NCBI GenBank assembly: GCA_963740275.1
Contig: CAVUDT010000004.1
Location: forward strand, 638,247-702,246
DNA length: 64,000 bases
Direction: 5' to 3'
Origin: an uncultured Acidobacteriota bacterium
GTDB lineage: Bacteria; Acidobacteriota; Vicinamibacteria; Vicinamibacterales; 2-12-FULL-66-21
Below are positions 1 to 8,791 of this stretch, in pieces. The stretch's first letter is position 1; each line of letters begins with the position of its first letter. A program made the position numbers and the translations under genes. The notes under the pieces are model-generated. The model worked only from the letters and a program-made list of their open reading frames with translations. It had not been told where the DNA came from and did no database searches.

Positions 1-435
1 CGCCTCCCGGCGCTTGATCGTTTCGCGCTTGTCGTGCGCCTGCTTGCCCTTGGCCAGCGCGAGCGCCACCTTGACGTGGCCGTTCTTGAAGTAGAGCCGG
101 GTCGGAACGAGCGTCATGCCCTTCTCGACCGTCTTGCCAATCAGCTTGCGGATCTCCTGGCGGTGCAGCAGGAGCTTGCGCTTCCGCGTCGGCAGGTGGT
201 CGGCGTAGCCGCGATGGCTGTACGGGTTGATGTGCACGTTGTACAGCCACACCTGCCCGTCTTCGAGCCGGGCGAAGCTGTCGCGGAGGTTGGCGTTCCC
301 CTCGCGGATCGCCTTCACCTCGGTGCCGACCAGGACGATGCCGGCCTCGAACGTTTCGATGATGTGGTAATCGTGAAACGCCTTGCGGTTCTCGGCGATG
401 TTCTTCTGCGCTTCTTCGCGCGCTGTCTTAGCCAT
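1..435 (-). CDS. smpB: SsrA-binding protein SmpB (C-terminus runs off the window start)
   Basis: Absent from the ORF track because no stop lies in the window. My reverse-strand translation from the ATG (complement of 433-435) reads [101 protein letters not shown]..., a typical SmpB sequence. 8-nt overlap with the pdxA stop. Confidence 0.9.
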   Translation of the reverse strand, partial: MAKTAREEAQKNIAENRKAFHDYHIIETFEAGIVLVGTEVKAIREGNANLRDSFARLEDGQVWLYNVHINPYSHRGYADHLPTRKRKLLLHRQEIRKLIGKTVEKGMTLVPTRLYFKNGHVKVALALAKGKQAHDKRETIKRREA

Positions 436-1315
436 GGACTGTTGCCAACCTGGCGGCGAGCTTCACCGCCTCGATCATGCTGGATGGATCCGCCGTGCCC
501 TGCCCGGCGATGTCGAACGCGGTGCCATGATCCACCGAGGTGCGGATGATCGGCAGGCCGAGCGTCACATTCACCGCCTTGCCGAACGCCGCCATCTTCA
601 CCGGGATCAGCCCCTGGTCGTGATAGCAGGCGATCACGGCGTCGAACTCTCCGCGCATCGCCCGGAGGAAGATCGTATCGGCCGGAAACGGACCGTGGAC
701 GGCGATTCCTCTGGCCGCGCCGGCCGCCACCGCCGGCCGCAACACGCGCTCGTCTTCCGTGCCCAGCAGCCCATTCTCTCCTGCATGGGGGTTCAGCCCG
801 GCCACCGCGATCCTCGGCGCCGGGATGCCGAACCGAGGCAGCTCGCTCGCGGTCAGGCCGATGAGCTCCTCGAGCAGCGGCTGCGTGATGGCCGCCGGTA
901 CCTCCGCCAGCGGGATGTGGACGGTGGCGAGCACGACGCGCAGCGACTCGGAGTAGAACATCATCACGCCACGAGGGGCCCCGGTGAGGTGCGCCAGCAG
1001 GTCCGTATGGCCCTTCCAGGGCAAGCCCGCGGCGGCAAACGCCGCCTTGTTGATGGGCGCGGTGGCGATCGCGCCGACTCGTCTGCCGGACGCATCTTCG
1101 ACCGCGCGGACGATCGAGCTGTAGGCCGCCCGGCCGGCCGCCTCACTCACCCGCCCGCGAACGAAGGCCGACAGTTCCTCTTCCGATGAAGGACCGTAGA
1201 GCACCGGCTCACACACGGCAATTACTTGCGGATCTCGTGCCGCCAGGGCGGCGATCTCCGGACCGATGCCCGCGGGGTCCCCGGTGGTGATGGCGACGCG
1301 CGGCCTGGCAGTCAC
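428..1315 (-). CDS. pdxA: 4-hydroxythreonine-4-phosphate dehydrogenase PdxA
   Basis: Frame of ORF 428..1579. Conserved [50 protein letters not shown]. Start set at GTG 1315 (GTGA start/stop overlap with the upstream gene) because the longer ORF overlaps the ricT-like gene. Confidence 0.85.
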   Translation of the reverse strand: MTARPRVAITTGDPAGIGPEIAALAARDPQVIAVCEPVLYGPSSEEELSAFVRGRVSEAAGRAAYSSIVRAVEDASGRRVGAIATAPINKAAFAAAGLPWKGHTDLLAHLTGAPRGVMMFYSESLRVVLATVHIPLAEVPAAITQPLLEELIGLTASELPRFGIPAPRIAVAGLNPHAGENGLLGTEDERVLRPAVAAGAARGIAVHGPFPADTIFLRAMRGEFDAVIACYHDQGLIPVKMAAFGKAVNVTLGLPIIRTSVDHGTAFDIAGQGTADPSSMIEAVKLAARLATVHG

Positions 1316-2091
1316 CGCCGGCACGACCCGCAGCCACCGGCGCCGCAGGAGCCGCAACCGGGCCCGGTGGGATTTCCGCAGCCGCCTCCCTCGTCGGCGC
1401 AGCCGCCGTGCTTCACCCCCTTGCCGTTCGGCAGCTCGTAGCGGAGACAGCACTTCAGGCGGCCGCACATTCCCGACAGCTTGGACGGATTCAAGCTCAG
1501 GTTCTGCTGCTTCGCCATCTTGATCGACACCGGCTCGAACGTCGTCAGCCAGGTGGTGCAGCAGAGCGGACGCCCGCACGCGCCGTAGCCGCCCAGCATC
1601 TTCGCCTCGTCGCGGGCGCCGATCTGCCGCATCTCGATGCGGACGCGGAAGTGCGCCGCGAGGTCCCGGACCAGCTCGCGGAAGTCCACCCGCCCCTCGG
1701 CGGTGTAATAGAAGATCAGGCGCGAGCCGTCGAAGAGCTGCTCGACCCGCGCGAGCTTCATCGGCAGCTGGCGCTCACGGATCTTCAACAGGCAGGTGCG
1801 ATGAGCCTCCTGCTCGCGCTGCTCGTGCTTGAGCCGGGCGATGATGTCCTCTTTGGTCGCCCGGCGGACCACCTGGGCCTCCGGCGCCGGAGCAGGCCGG
1901 CGCTCGGCCAGGGGCCGGATCGCAGCCGTCACCGTGCCGAACGACGGGCCGGCCTCGGTCTGCACGATGACCTTTTCACCGGGGAGGGGAGGCGGCGCGT
2001 CGAGCGCATCGAGATCGAGGTCCGGCAGGGCAAATGAAAACGTCCGCCCGATCGGCGAGAATTTCACGCTGACGAGCGGGCGGGCCTTCAT
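1312..2091 (-). CDS. PSP1-domain protein (RicT/YaaT-like)
   Basis: ORF 1312..2127. PSP1 C-terminal pattern LIFYYTAEGRVDFRELVRDLAAHFRVRIEMRQIGARDEAKMLGGYGACGRPLCCTTWL plus a Cys/Gly-rich tail. Start set at ATG 2091 (MKARPLV). The upstream extension runs into the hairpin repeats. Confidence 0.8.
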   Translation of the reverse strand: MKARPLVSVKFSPIGRTFSFALPDLDLDALDAPPPLPGEKVIVQTEAGPSFGTVTAAIRPLAERRPAPAPEAQVVRRATKEDIIARLKHEQREQEAHRTCLLKIRERQLPMKLARVEQLFDGSRLIFYYTAEGRVDFRELVRDLAAHFRVRIEMRQIGARDEAKMLGGYGACGRPLCCTTWLTTFEPVSIKMAKQQNLSLNPSKLSGMCGRLKCCLRYELPNGKGVKHGGCADEGGGCGNPTGPGCGSCGAGGCGSCRR

Positions 2092-2107
2092 CGCGGCCTC
2101 AACTATA

Positions 2108-2281
2108 TAAGGTCCGGGGACAGGCACCCTAACGAAAGGTGCCGTGTCCCCCGGACAGGCCCCTAATAAGGTCCGGGGACAGGCACCCTAACGAAAGGTG
2201 CCTGTCCCCGATCAAATCTGGAAAGGTGCCTGTCCCCGATCAACATCAGATCCGTGGACAGGCACCCTATCAAATCTGGAA
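2108..2281. repeat. Cluster of GC-rich palindromic repeats (motif GGGGACAGGCACC / GGTGCCTGTCCCC, 7 copies, 3 hairpins)
   Basis: Read directly. Perfect 36-nt duplication at 2108-2143 and 2167-2202. 23-nt duplication at 2193-2215 and 2221-2243. 13-mer atcaaatctggaa at 2211-2223 and 2269-2281. Confidence 0.85.
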
Positions 2282-3265
2282 CGCCAGCCAGTCCGCGACG
2301 ATCTTGGGGCTGGCGTTGCGGTCGAGCGCGTCGAGCGCGCGGTCGACCGCCGCGAAGGCGCCGAGAATTCTCTCGTTGTCGAAGGAGGGCACGAGGCGAT
2401 CCAGCTTCTTCCGCAGATCCGCGTTCGCGAGGCCGCGCTCGTCCGCGTGCGATCCGAGGATACCGAGATCACGCAGGATGGTGGCCAGCGCGCGCAGGCT
2501 CTGACCGAGCGCATCGCGGTCGGCCTTGCTGCGTCCGGCCCCGGGCAGCCCGCCGGCGCCCATGATCCGCCGGGCCGGCGGCGGATAGTCCGCCACCGTT
2601 TCGAGCAGCTGCAACGCGGCCGCGCGTGCGTCCACGAACTCGCTGGTCTCCACTTCCAGGGCGCGGCCGACACTTCCGTCAGAGGAGGCGGCCGCCGCGT
2701 AGGCGTCCGCTTCCGACAACTCGTGAGCGGCCATCAGCACGCCGGCGACTTCGGCCGGCGACAGCCGTCCGAATCGAAGCCGCTGGCACCGCGACCTGAT
2801 CGTCGGCAGCAGCGTTTCCGGCACCGAGCTCACGAGCACGAAGGTGGTGCCGTTCGGCGGTTCCTCGAGCGTTTTCAGCAGCGCGTCCTGCGCCGCCGCC
2901 ATGATCTGCTCCGCATCGTCGATCACCACCACCCGCCGCCGTCCTTCGAAGGGGCGGTAGGCGGCGCGCTCGACCGCGTCGCGGATCTGCTCGATCTTGA
3001 TCGAGCCGGTGTCTCCCGGCTCGATGACCAGGACATCGGCGTGCACCCCACGGGCGATGCGACGGCAGGAGGCGCACTCGCCGCAGGCGTCGTCCGGGGT
3101 GGGACTGAGGCAGTTCACCAGCTGCGCCAGCGCGACTGCCGCCATCCGCTTCCCCACTCCCGCCGGCCCGGCAAAGATCAGGCTGGGCGGCAGCGTGCCG
3201 CGGATCGCGGCGCCGGCTATGAGCGCCTTCACCTGATGATGGCCGGCGATCTCGCGAAAGGGCAT
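2270..3265 (-). CDS. holB: DNA polymerase III delta' subunit
   Basis: ORF 2270..3280. Walker A AGPAGVGKR, zinc module CGECASCRRI, VVVIDDAE, SRCQRLRF. Start at ATG 3265 (MPFREIAGH), or the GTG at 3280. Confidence 0.85.
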   Translation of the reverse strand: MPFREIAGHHQVKALIAGAAIRGTLPPSLIFAGPAGVGKRMAAVALAQLVNCLSPTPDDACGECASCRRIARGVHADVLVIEPGDTGSIKIEQIRDAVERAAYRPFEGRRRVVVIDDAEQIMAAAQDALLKTLEEPPNGTTFVLVSSVPETLLPTIRSRCQRLRFGRLSPAEVAGVLMAAHELSEADAYAAAASSDGSVGRALEVETSEFVDARAAALQLLETVADYPPPARRIMGAGGLPGAGRSKADRDALGQSLRALATILRDLGILGSHADERGLANADLRKKLDRLVPSFDNERILGAFAAVDRALDALDRNASPKIVADWLAFQI

Positions 3266-3346
3266 GGGGGAAAGTAACACGTGCTTAGTGCTACGGGCTA
3301 GGTGCTACGTGCTTACGTGCGATGTGCGGGGTGCGGTGCTATGTGC

Positions 3347-3403
3347 GGCGTGCGGTGCTACGTCCGGCGTGCGGTGCTACGTCCGGCGTGCGGTGCGATG
3401 TGC
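3347..3403. repeat. 19-nt tandem repeat ggcgtgcggtgctacgtcc (2 perfect + 1 degenerate copy) inside a longer GTGC-rich degenerate tract (about 3281-3465)
   Basis: Copies at 3347-3365 and 3366-3384 (identical) and 3385-3403 (3 mismatches). Flanking sequence repeats gtgctacg/gtgcgacg-like words. Confidence 0.75.
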
Positions 3404-3470
3404 TTCTGCACGGTGCGACGTGCGGCGTGCGACGTCGGGCTGCGTGCTCCGCGGCGCGGGCCAGGGAATC

Positions 3471-3950
3471 GACGGTCGCCGATTTCTCACAGGAGACATA
3501 AGGAGGTCAGGAGGATCAGAAAAGACTCCTGCTCTTCTGAACCTCCTGTTCAAGAGCCTTGTCTCGCCGGCGGTCATCGGTCGAAGCCGACGGTCGCGGA
3601 TTTCTGACAGGAGACGAGGAGTTTCAGGAGAACCGGATCCAAAAGCCTCCTGCTCTTCTGACCCTCTGTTCAAAGAGCGCTGTCTCGCTGACGGTCATCG
3701 GTCAAGCCGACGGCCGCGGATTTCTCACAGCAGACCAGGAGTTTCAGGAGAACCGGATCCAAAAGCCTCCTGCTCTTCTGACCTCCTGTTCAGGAGCCTT
3801 GTCTCGCCGGCGGTCATCGGTCGAAGCCGACGGTCGCGGATTTCTGACAGGAGACATAAGGAGTTCAGGAGGATCGGAAAAGACTCTCGATCTTCTGCCT
3901 GTTCAAAGAGCGCTGATTCGCGCACGCTCATCGGAGGCGGTCTGGTTGAG
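3471..3950. repeat. Tandem array of four 118-120-nt units (AGGAG/CAGGAG-rich, internal imperfect hairpin)
   Basis: The word gacggYcgc starts units at 3471, 3589, 3709 and 3829. The units align over their whole length, so there are no unique spacers. Visibly lower GC than the flanking genes. Confidence 0.85.
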
Positions 3951-3974
3951 AAGGCGCGCGTCTACCTGAAAGAC

Positions 3975-4060
3975 GGCTGGAGCTTGGAAGTTGGACCTTG
4001 GAAGTTGGGAGTTGAGCTCGAAGCTGGGAGCTGGCAGCTGGAAGCTGGAAGCTGGGAGCT
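3975..4060. repeat. Short-period GGAAGYTGG / GCTGG repeat tract
   Basis: ggagcttggaagttggaccttggaagttgggagttgagctcgaagctgggagctggcagctggaagctggaagctgggagc. A related tract in the opposite orientation lies at 26690-26716 (ccaacggccaacttccaactcccaac). Confidence 0.65.
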
Positions 4061-6451
4061 TTATCCCCCTCCTCCCGGCTTCTTCTTCGGATCCTCCTTC
4101 TTCGGATCCTTCTTGTCCTTGTCATCTCCCTTGCCGAACAGGCGCCCCCAGAAGCCGCGCTTCTTCTTCGGTTCCTCGACCTTCTGCGTCGGCGGGGTCT
4201 CGCCGGGGGTGGCGCCAGGAGTGCCGGCGGGAGGAGCGGCGGTGCCGCTGGTCCGGGCGGCGGTCGGCGGCAGACCGAGTTCGTCGGACGAGACCGGGCG
4301 TCCGGCGTCGCCGGCGCCGAAGACTCCGGCCAGCCGGTCGAGCAGCGACGGGCTGGCGTGCAGCGGGCAGAGCGAGTCCGGCTGCGTGCCGCGAATGAAG
4401 AACTCGGTATAGATCATCGATTTGGACTCGACGAAGCCCTCCGACGACACGACCTGCACGCTGTCACAACCGTTGTTGGGGAGACGCCCCGACATTCGGC
4501 AGACGTTGACGCCGATGACCTCCGGAGGCCGCTCGAACCAGTCGCTCTTGTGCTTCTTGGTGGCGACCTTCATGAAGTTCGCCCAGATCGGCACCGCCAG
4601 CTCGCCGCCGTAGCCGTTGGCGATGATCGTCTGCGGCTGATCGAAGCCGATCCAGACGCCGGTCACGATCCGCGGTGTGAAACCGACGAACCAGGCGTCC
4701 ACGTAGTCGTTGGTCGTGCCGGTCTTGCCCGCCGCCGGCAGCGTAAACCCGACCTGCCGCGCCCGGTAGGCCGTGCCGTAGTTCACAACGTCGGAGAGCA
4801 TGCTGGCCATCAGATACGCGGTGCCGCGGCTGACGGCCTGATGCGCCTTGGTGTCGGCCTGGTAGAGAACGCCCCCTTCACTGTCCTCGACGCGGCGGAT
4901 CAACGTCGGCTGCCGGATGATCCCCTCGGCCGCGAATGCGCCATAGGCCGAGGTCATCGCCATCAGGGTGACGTCACTGGTGCCGAGCGCCATCGACGGC
5001 ACGCTCGGCGGCGTGCCCATATTCAGCTTTTCGGCGTAGCCGACGGCGTTGGCGATACCGACCGCGTTGAGCAGCTGGACGGCGGCGCGGTTGCTCGAGG
5101 TGCGCAGCGCGGTCCGGAGCGTCATGGAGTCGACGGTCGAGTGCTCGTCTTCGGGTACCCACTCGCCCTGGAGCGTCTGGATCGGGTCGTTCAGCTTCGT
5201 GATGACCGTCGCCGGGCTGTAGCCCGCCTCGAGCGCGGCCGCGAACACGAACGGTTTGAACGCGGAACCCGACTGCCTCTTCGCCTGCGACGCGCGGTTG
5301 AAGCGGCTCTCGTTGAAATCGCGCCCTCCGACCATCGCCAGCACGTGGCCGGTCGCCGGATCCAGTGAGACCAGCGCGCCCTGCAGGTAGGCGGGCTGCT
5401 CCCCTTCTTTCGGGACCGTCTGTTCCTTGCGGGTCTGGTACTTGAACGCCTTGCGCGACTCGATCTCGGCGACTCCGCGTTCCACCAGCGCTTCGGCCGC
5501 CTGCTGCAGGTCGGAATCCATCGTGGTGTAGACCTTGAGGCCTCCCTGGTAGACCCGCTGCCAGCCGAAACGGTCGACCAGGTCCTTGCGCACCTGCTCC
5601 TTGAAATACAACCCGTAGGTTTCGCGGATCTCCAGCGCATTCTGCAGCTTTACCGGCTGGCCCTTCGCCTGTTCGAGGCCGGCGGCGTCGAGCGCCCCGG
5701 TCGACACCATGGCGCCCAGCACCACGTTCCGGCGGGAGATCGCACGATCCAGGTTGACCGTGGGGGCGTAACTCGAGGGGGACTGGATGAGACCGGCGAG
5801 CAGGGCCGCTTCGGCGACCGAAAGCGCCGACGCCGACTTGCCGAAGTAGCCGCGCGAAGCTGCCTCAACACCATACAGACCGTCCCCGAAATACACCTTG
5901 TTGAGGTACAGCTCGAGAATCTGCTTCTTGGTGTAGTGGCTCTCGATCTGGGCCGCGAGGATGACCTCCTTCAGCTTCCGCCGGTAGGTCTTGTCGCGAC
6001 TGAGAAAGCTCTGTCGGGCGAGCTGCTGGGTAATGGTGCTGCCGCCTTCCGCCCGCCGCCCCTCCTGGAAATTCCGCAGCGCCGCGGCCGCCACCCGGAT
6101 CGCATCCACCCCGCTGTGCTCGTAGAAACGCTGGTCCTCGACCGACACCACCGCCTTGATGAAATTCGGGGACATCTTCTCGAGGGGCACCTCGATCCGC
6201 TGTTCCTTGAAAATAGTGAAGACGGCCTGGTCATTTGCGTCGTAGATGGTGGTCGACTGGGCCATATCGCCGAGGCCGCCGACCGCCTGGGAATTCGGCA
6301 ACCCTGCGGTCAGGTCATAACTGAACCAGGCGACATACCCGACGGTCAGGAACAGTGCAATCGCCATCGCCGAAACGAGGCTCCCCAACGTCCGCGGGCG
6401 GCCGGAAAGTGCAGATCTCAGACGACTTATGGCCGGGGAGAGGTATTTCAT
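4061..6451 (-). CDS. mrcA: Class A penicillin-binding protein (PBP1A; glycosyltransferase + transpeptidase)
   Basis: ORF 4061..6643. GT51 motifs EDQRFYEHSGVD, GGSTITQQL, RKLKE. Transpeptidase motifs SAFK (SxxK), SSN (SxN), KTGTT. N-terminal TM segment. Start set at ATG 6451 (MKYLSPAI). Lys/Pro/Asp-rich C-terminal tail. Confidence 0.9.
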   Translation of the reverse strand: MKYLSPAISRLRSALSGRPRTLGSLVSAMAIALFLTVGYVAWFSYDLTAGLPNSQAVGGLGDMAQSTTIYDANDQAVFTIFKEQRIEVPLEKMSPNFIKAVVSVEDQRFYEHSGVDAIRVAAAALRNFQEGRRAEGGSTITQQLARQSFLSRDKTYRRKLKEVILAAQIESHYTKKQILELYLNKVYFGDGLYGVEAASRGYFGKSASALSVAEAALLAGLIQSPSSYAPTVNLDRAISRRNVVLGAMVSTGALDAAGLEQAKGQPVKLQNALEIRETYGLYFKEQVRKDLVDRFGWQRVYQGGLKVYTTMDSDLQQAAEALVERGVAEIESRKAFKYQTRKEQTVPKEGEQPAYLQGALVSLDPATGHVLAMVGGRDFNESRFNRASQAKRQSGSAFKPFVFAAALEAGYSPATVITKLNDPIQTLQGEWVPEDEHSTVDSMTLRTALRTSSNRAAVQLLNAVGIANAVGYAEKLNMGTPPSVPSMALGTSDVTLMAMTSAYGAFAAEGIIRQPTLIRRVEDSEGGVLYQADTKAHQAVSRGTAYLMASMLSDVVNYGTAYRARQVGFTLPAAGKTGTTNDYVDAWFVGFTPRIVTGVWIGFDQPQTIIANGYGGELAVPIWANFMKVATKKHKSDWFERPPEVIGVNVCRMSGRLPNNGCDSVQVVSSEGFVESKSMIYTEFFIRGTQPDSLCPLHASPSLLDRLAGVFGAGDAGRPVSSDELGLPPTAARTSGTAAPPAGTPGATPGETPPTQKVEEPKKKRGFWGRLFGKGDDKDKKDPKKEDPKKKPGGGG

Positions 6452-6636
6452 CTGCAGGTGGCTATCGCAAGATGCGGGCCGCGGGGCAGCCATTCGGGGG
6501 TGTTTCGTCGATTTCCGGTCCCGGCGTTCGTCTCTGATCCAAACACGGCGCGGGGTCCAGACAATGCTCAGAATGTCGATGGGCCGCCGTAATCGACACC
6601 ACCAGTTTAGTTTGTCCTGACGGACAAGGAGACGGA

Positions 6637-6989
6637 ATGCCACGATACGTTCTTCTGCTGCACGACGCCCCTGAGGCCCTGGCCGCCCTCAGCCCGGAAC
6701 AGATTCAACAGGTCATCCAGAAATACGTCGCCTGGGGGGAGCGCCTGCGTGTGGCCGGCGTGCTGCAGGGCGGAGAGAAACTCACCGACGAGCCCGGCCG
6801 GGTGATGCGGGGCAATGGCGGCCAGGTCCGCGTGACCGACGGTCCGTACAGCGAGACCAAGGAGGTCCTGGGCGGCTATTACATCGTCGCCGCCGACAAC
6901 TACGACCGGGCGGTCGACCTGGCGCGGGATTGTCCGCATTTCGAGTACGGCGGAACGCTCGAGGTCCGGGAGATCGATACTGTTCCCGA

Positions 6990-6993
<4 letters not shown>
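6637..6993 (+). CDS. YCII-related (DGPF) domain protein
   Basis: 118-aa ORF. MPRYVLLLH...DGPYSETKEVLGGYYIVAADNYDRAVDLARDCP is the YCII/DGPF pattern. ATGA overlap with the following sigma factor gene. Confidence 0.85.
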
Positions 6994-8270
<1,277 letters not shown>

Positions 8271-8307
8271 AAGCCCGGCAACCGTCGCGCGCCGAGCCGG
8301 TGGTCCG

Positions 8308-8760
8308 CTACGACTTCGCCTTCGGCGCCCGGTGAAACCACTTGTGCACGATCTTCCAGTCGTTGCCGACCTTGAGCAGCGAGAAGTAGTCGGTGATGGT
8401 CGTGTCAGGAAAATCGAGCTGCACCTTGGCGACAGCGGCATCCCCGGTCACGTCGACCATGACGACACGCCGCTTGCGGCTGGCTTCGTCGGCGGCCGGC
8501 TTCCCCTGGAAGCCCGCGATGTACTCGGTGCTGGTGCGGGTTCGCAGCTGCCCGTCGGCGATCCACATCATCCGCCCTTCGTCGATGAACGTGCCTTTGA
8601 GGTGGCTGCCGTCACCGGTTGCCTGTGCCTTGAAGTAATGGTCCTCGATCGTCTTGCGGACGGCGTCGCCCGCCGCGCTCTTCGTCTGGGCCAGCATGGC
8701 GCCCATGGCGCAGGTAACGATGACGGCCGGGAGGACTGCGAATCGGAGCAGTTTCATCAT
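8308..8760 (-). CDS. Secreted NTF2/SnoaL-like (lumazine-binding-type) protein
   Basis: 150-aa ORF with signal peptide MMKLLRFAVLPAVIVTCAMGAMLAQ and C-terminal DYFSLLKVGNDWKIVHKWF, typical of NTF2-fold proteins. Confidence 0.65.
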   Translation of the reverse strand: MMKLLRFAVLPAVIVTCAMGAMLAQTKSAAGDAVRKTIEDHYFKAQATGDGSHLKGTFIDEGRMMWIADGQLRTRTSTEYIAGFQGKPAADEASRKRRVVMVDVTGDAAVAKVQLDFPDTTITDYFSLLKVGNDWKIVHKWFHRAPKAKS

Positions 8761-8791
8761 GCTCCGACGCTAGCACGCGGTGGATACGACG

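Noticed and set aside
1-435. tmRNA (ssrA) gene near smpB
   Set aside because: I looked for a tRNA-Ala-like acceptor/T-arm end and a tag-ORF pattern in the non-coding stretches of the window and found none. ssrA is presumably elsewhere or beyond the window start.
3471-3950. Possible CRISPR array
   Set aside because: The whole 118-120-nt unit is repeated and the units align end to end. There are no unique spacers, the repeat length is far outside CRISPR norms, and no cas genes are in the window.
3471-3950. CsrB/RsmZ-like protein-sponge sRNA (many AGGA/CAGGAG motifs)
   Set aside because: Most GGA motifs are predicted to be base-paired with CTCCTG partners inside the unit hairpin, not exposed in loops as in CsrA-sequestering RNAs. 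No csrA gene is visible here. I keep it only as a remote possibility under the tandem-array finding.
3377-3969. Repeat-encoded protein: ORFs 3559..3969 (+), 3377..3673 (-) and 3725..3931 (-), with 40-aa periodicity because 120 is divisible by 3
   Set aside because: The first period is 118 nt, which breaks the frame. The frames stay open only because a stop-free unit is iterated. Composition is atypical for genes of this genome, and the products (for example ADGRGFLTGDEEFQENRIQKPPALL) resemble no known family. I treat the region as non-coding, though ribosome profiling could revisit this.
3264-4412. 382-aa plus-strand ORF spanning the repeat region and the antisense of the mrcA 3' end
   Set aside because: It is driven by repeats and by GC-rich antisense sequence. 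The translation is low-complexity (Cys/Arg/Ser/Gly-rich) and overlaps a well-supported gene.
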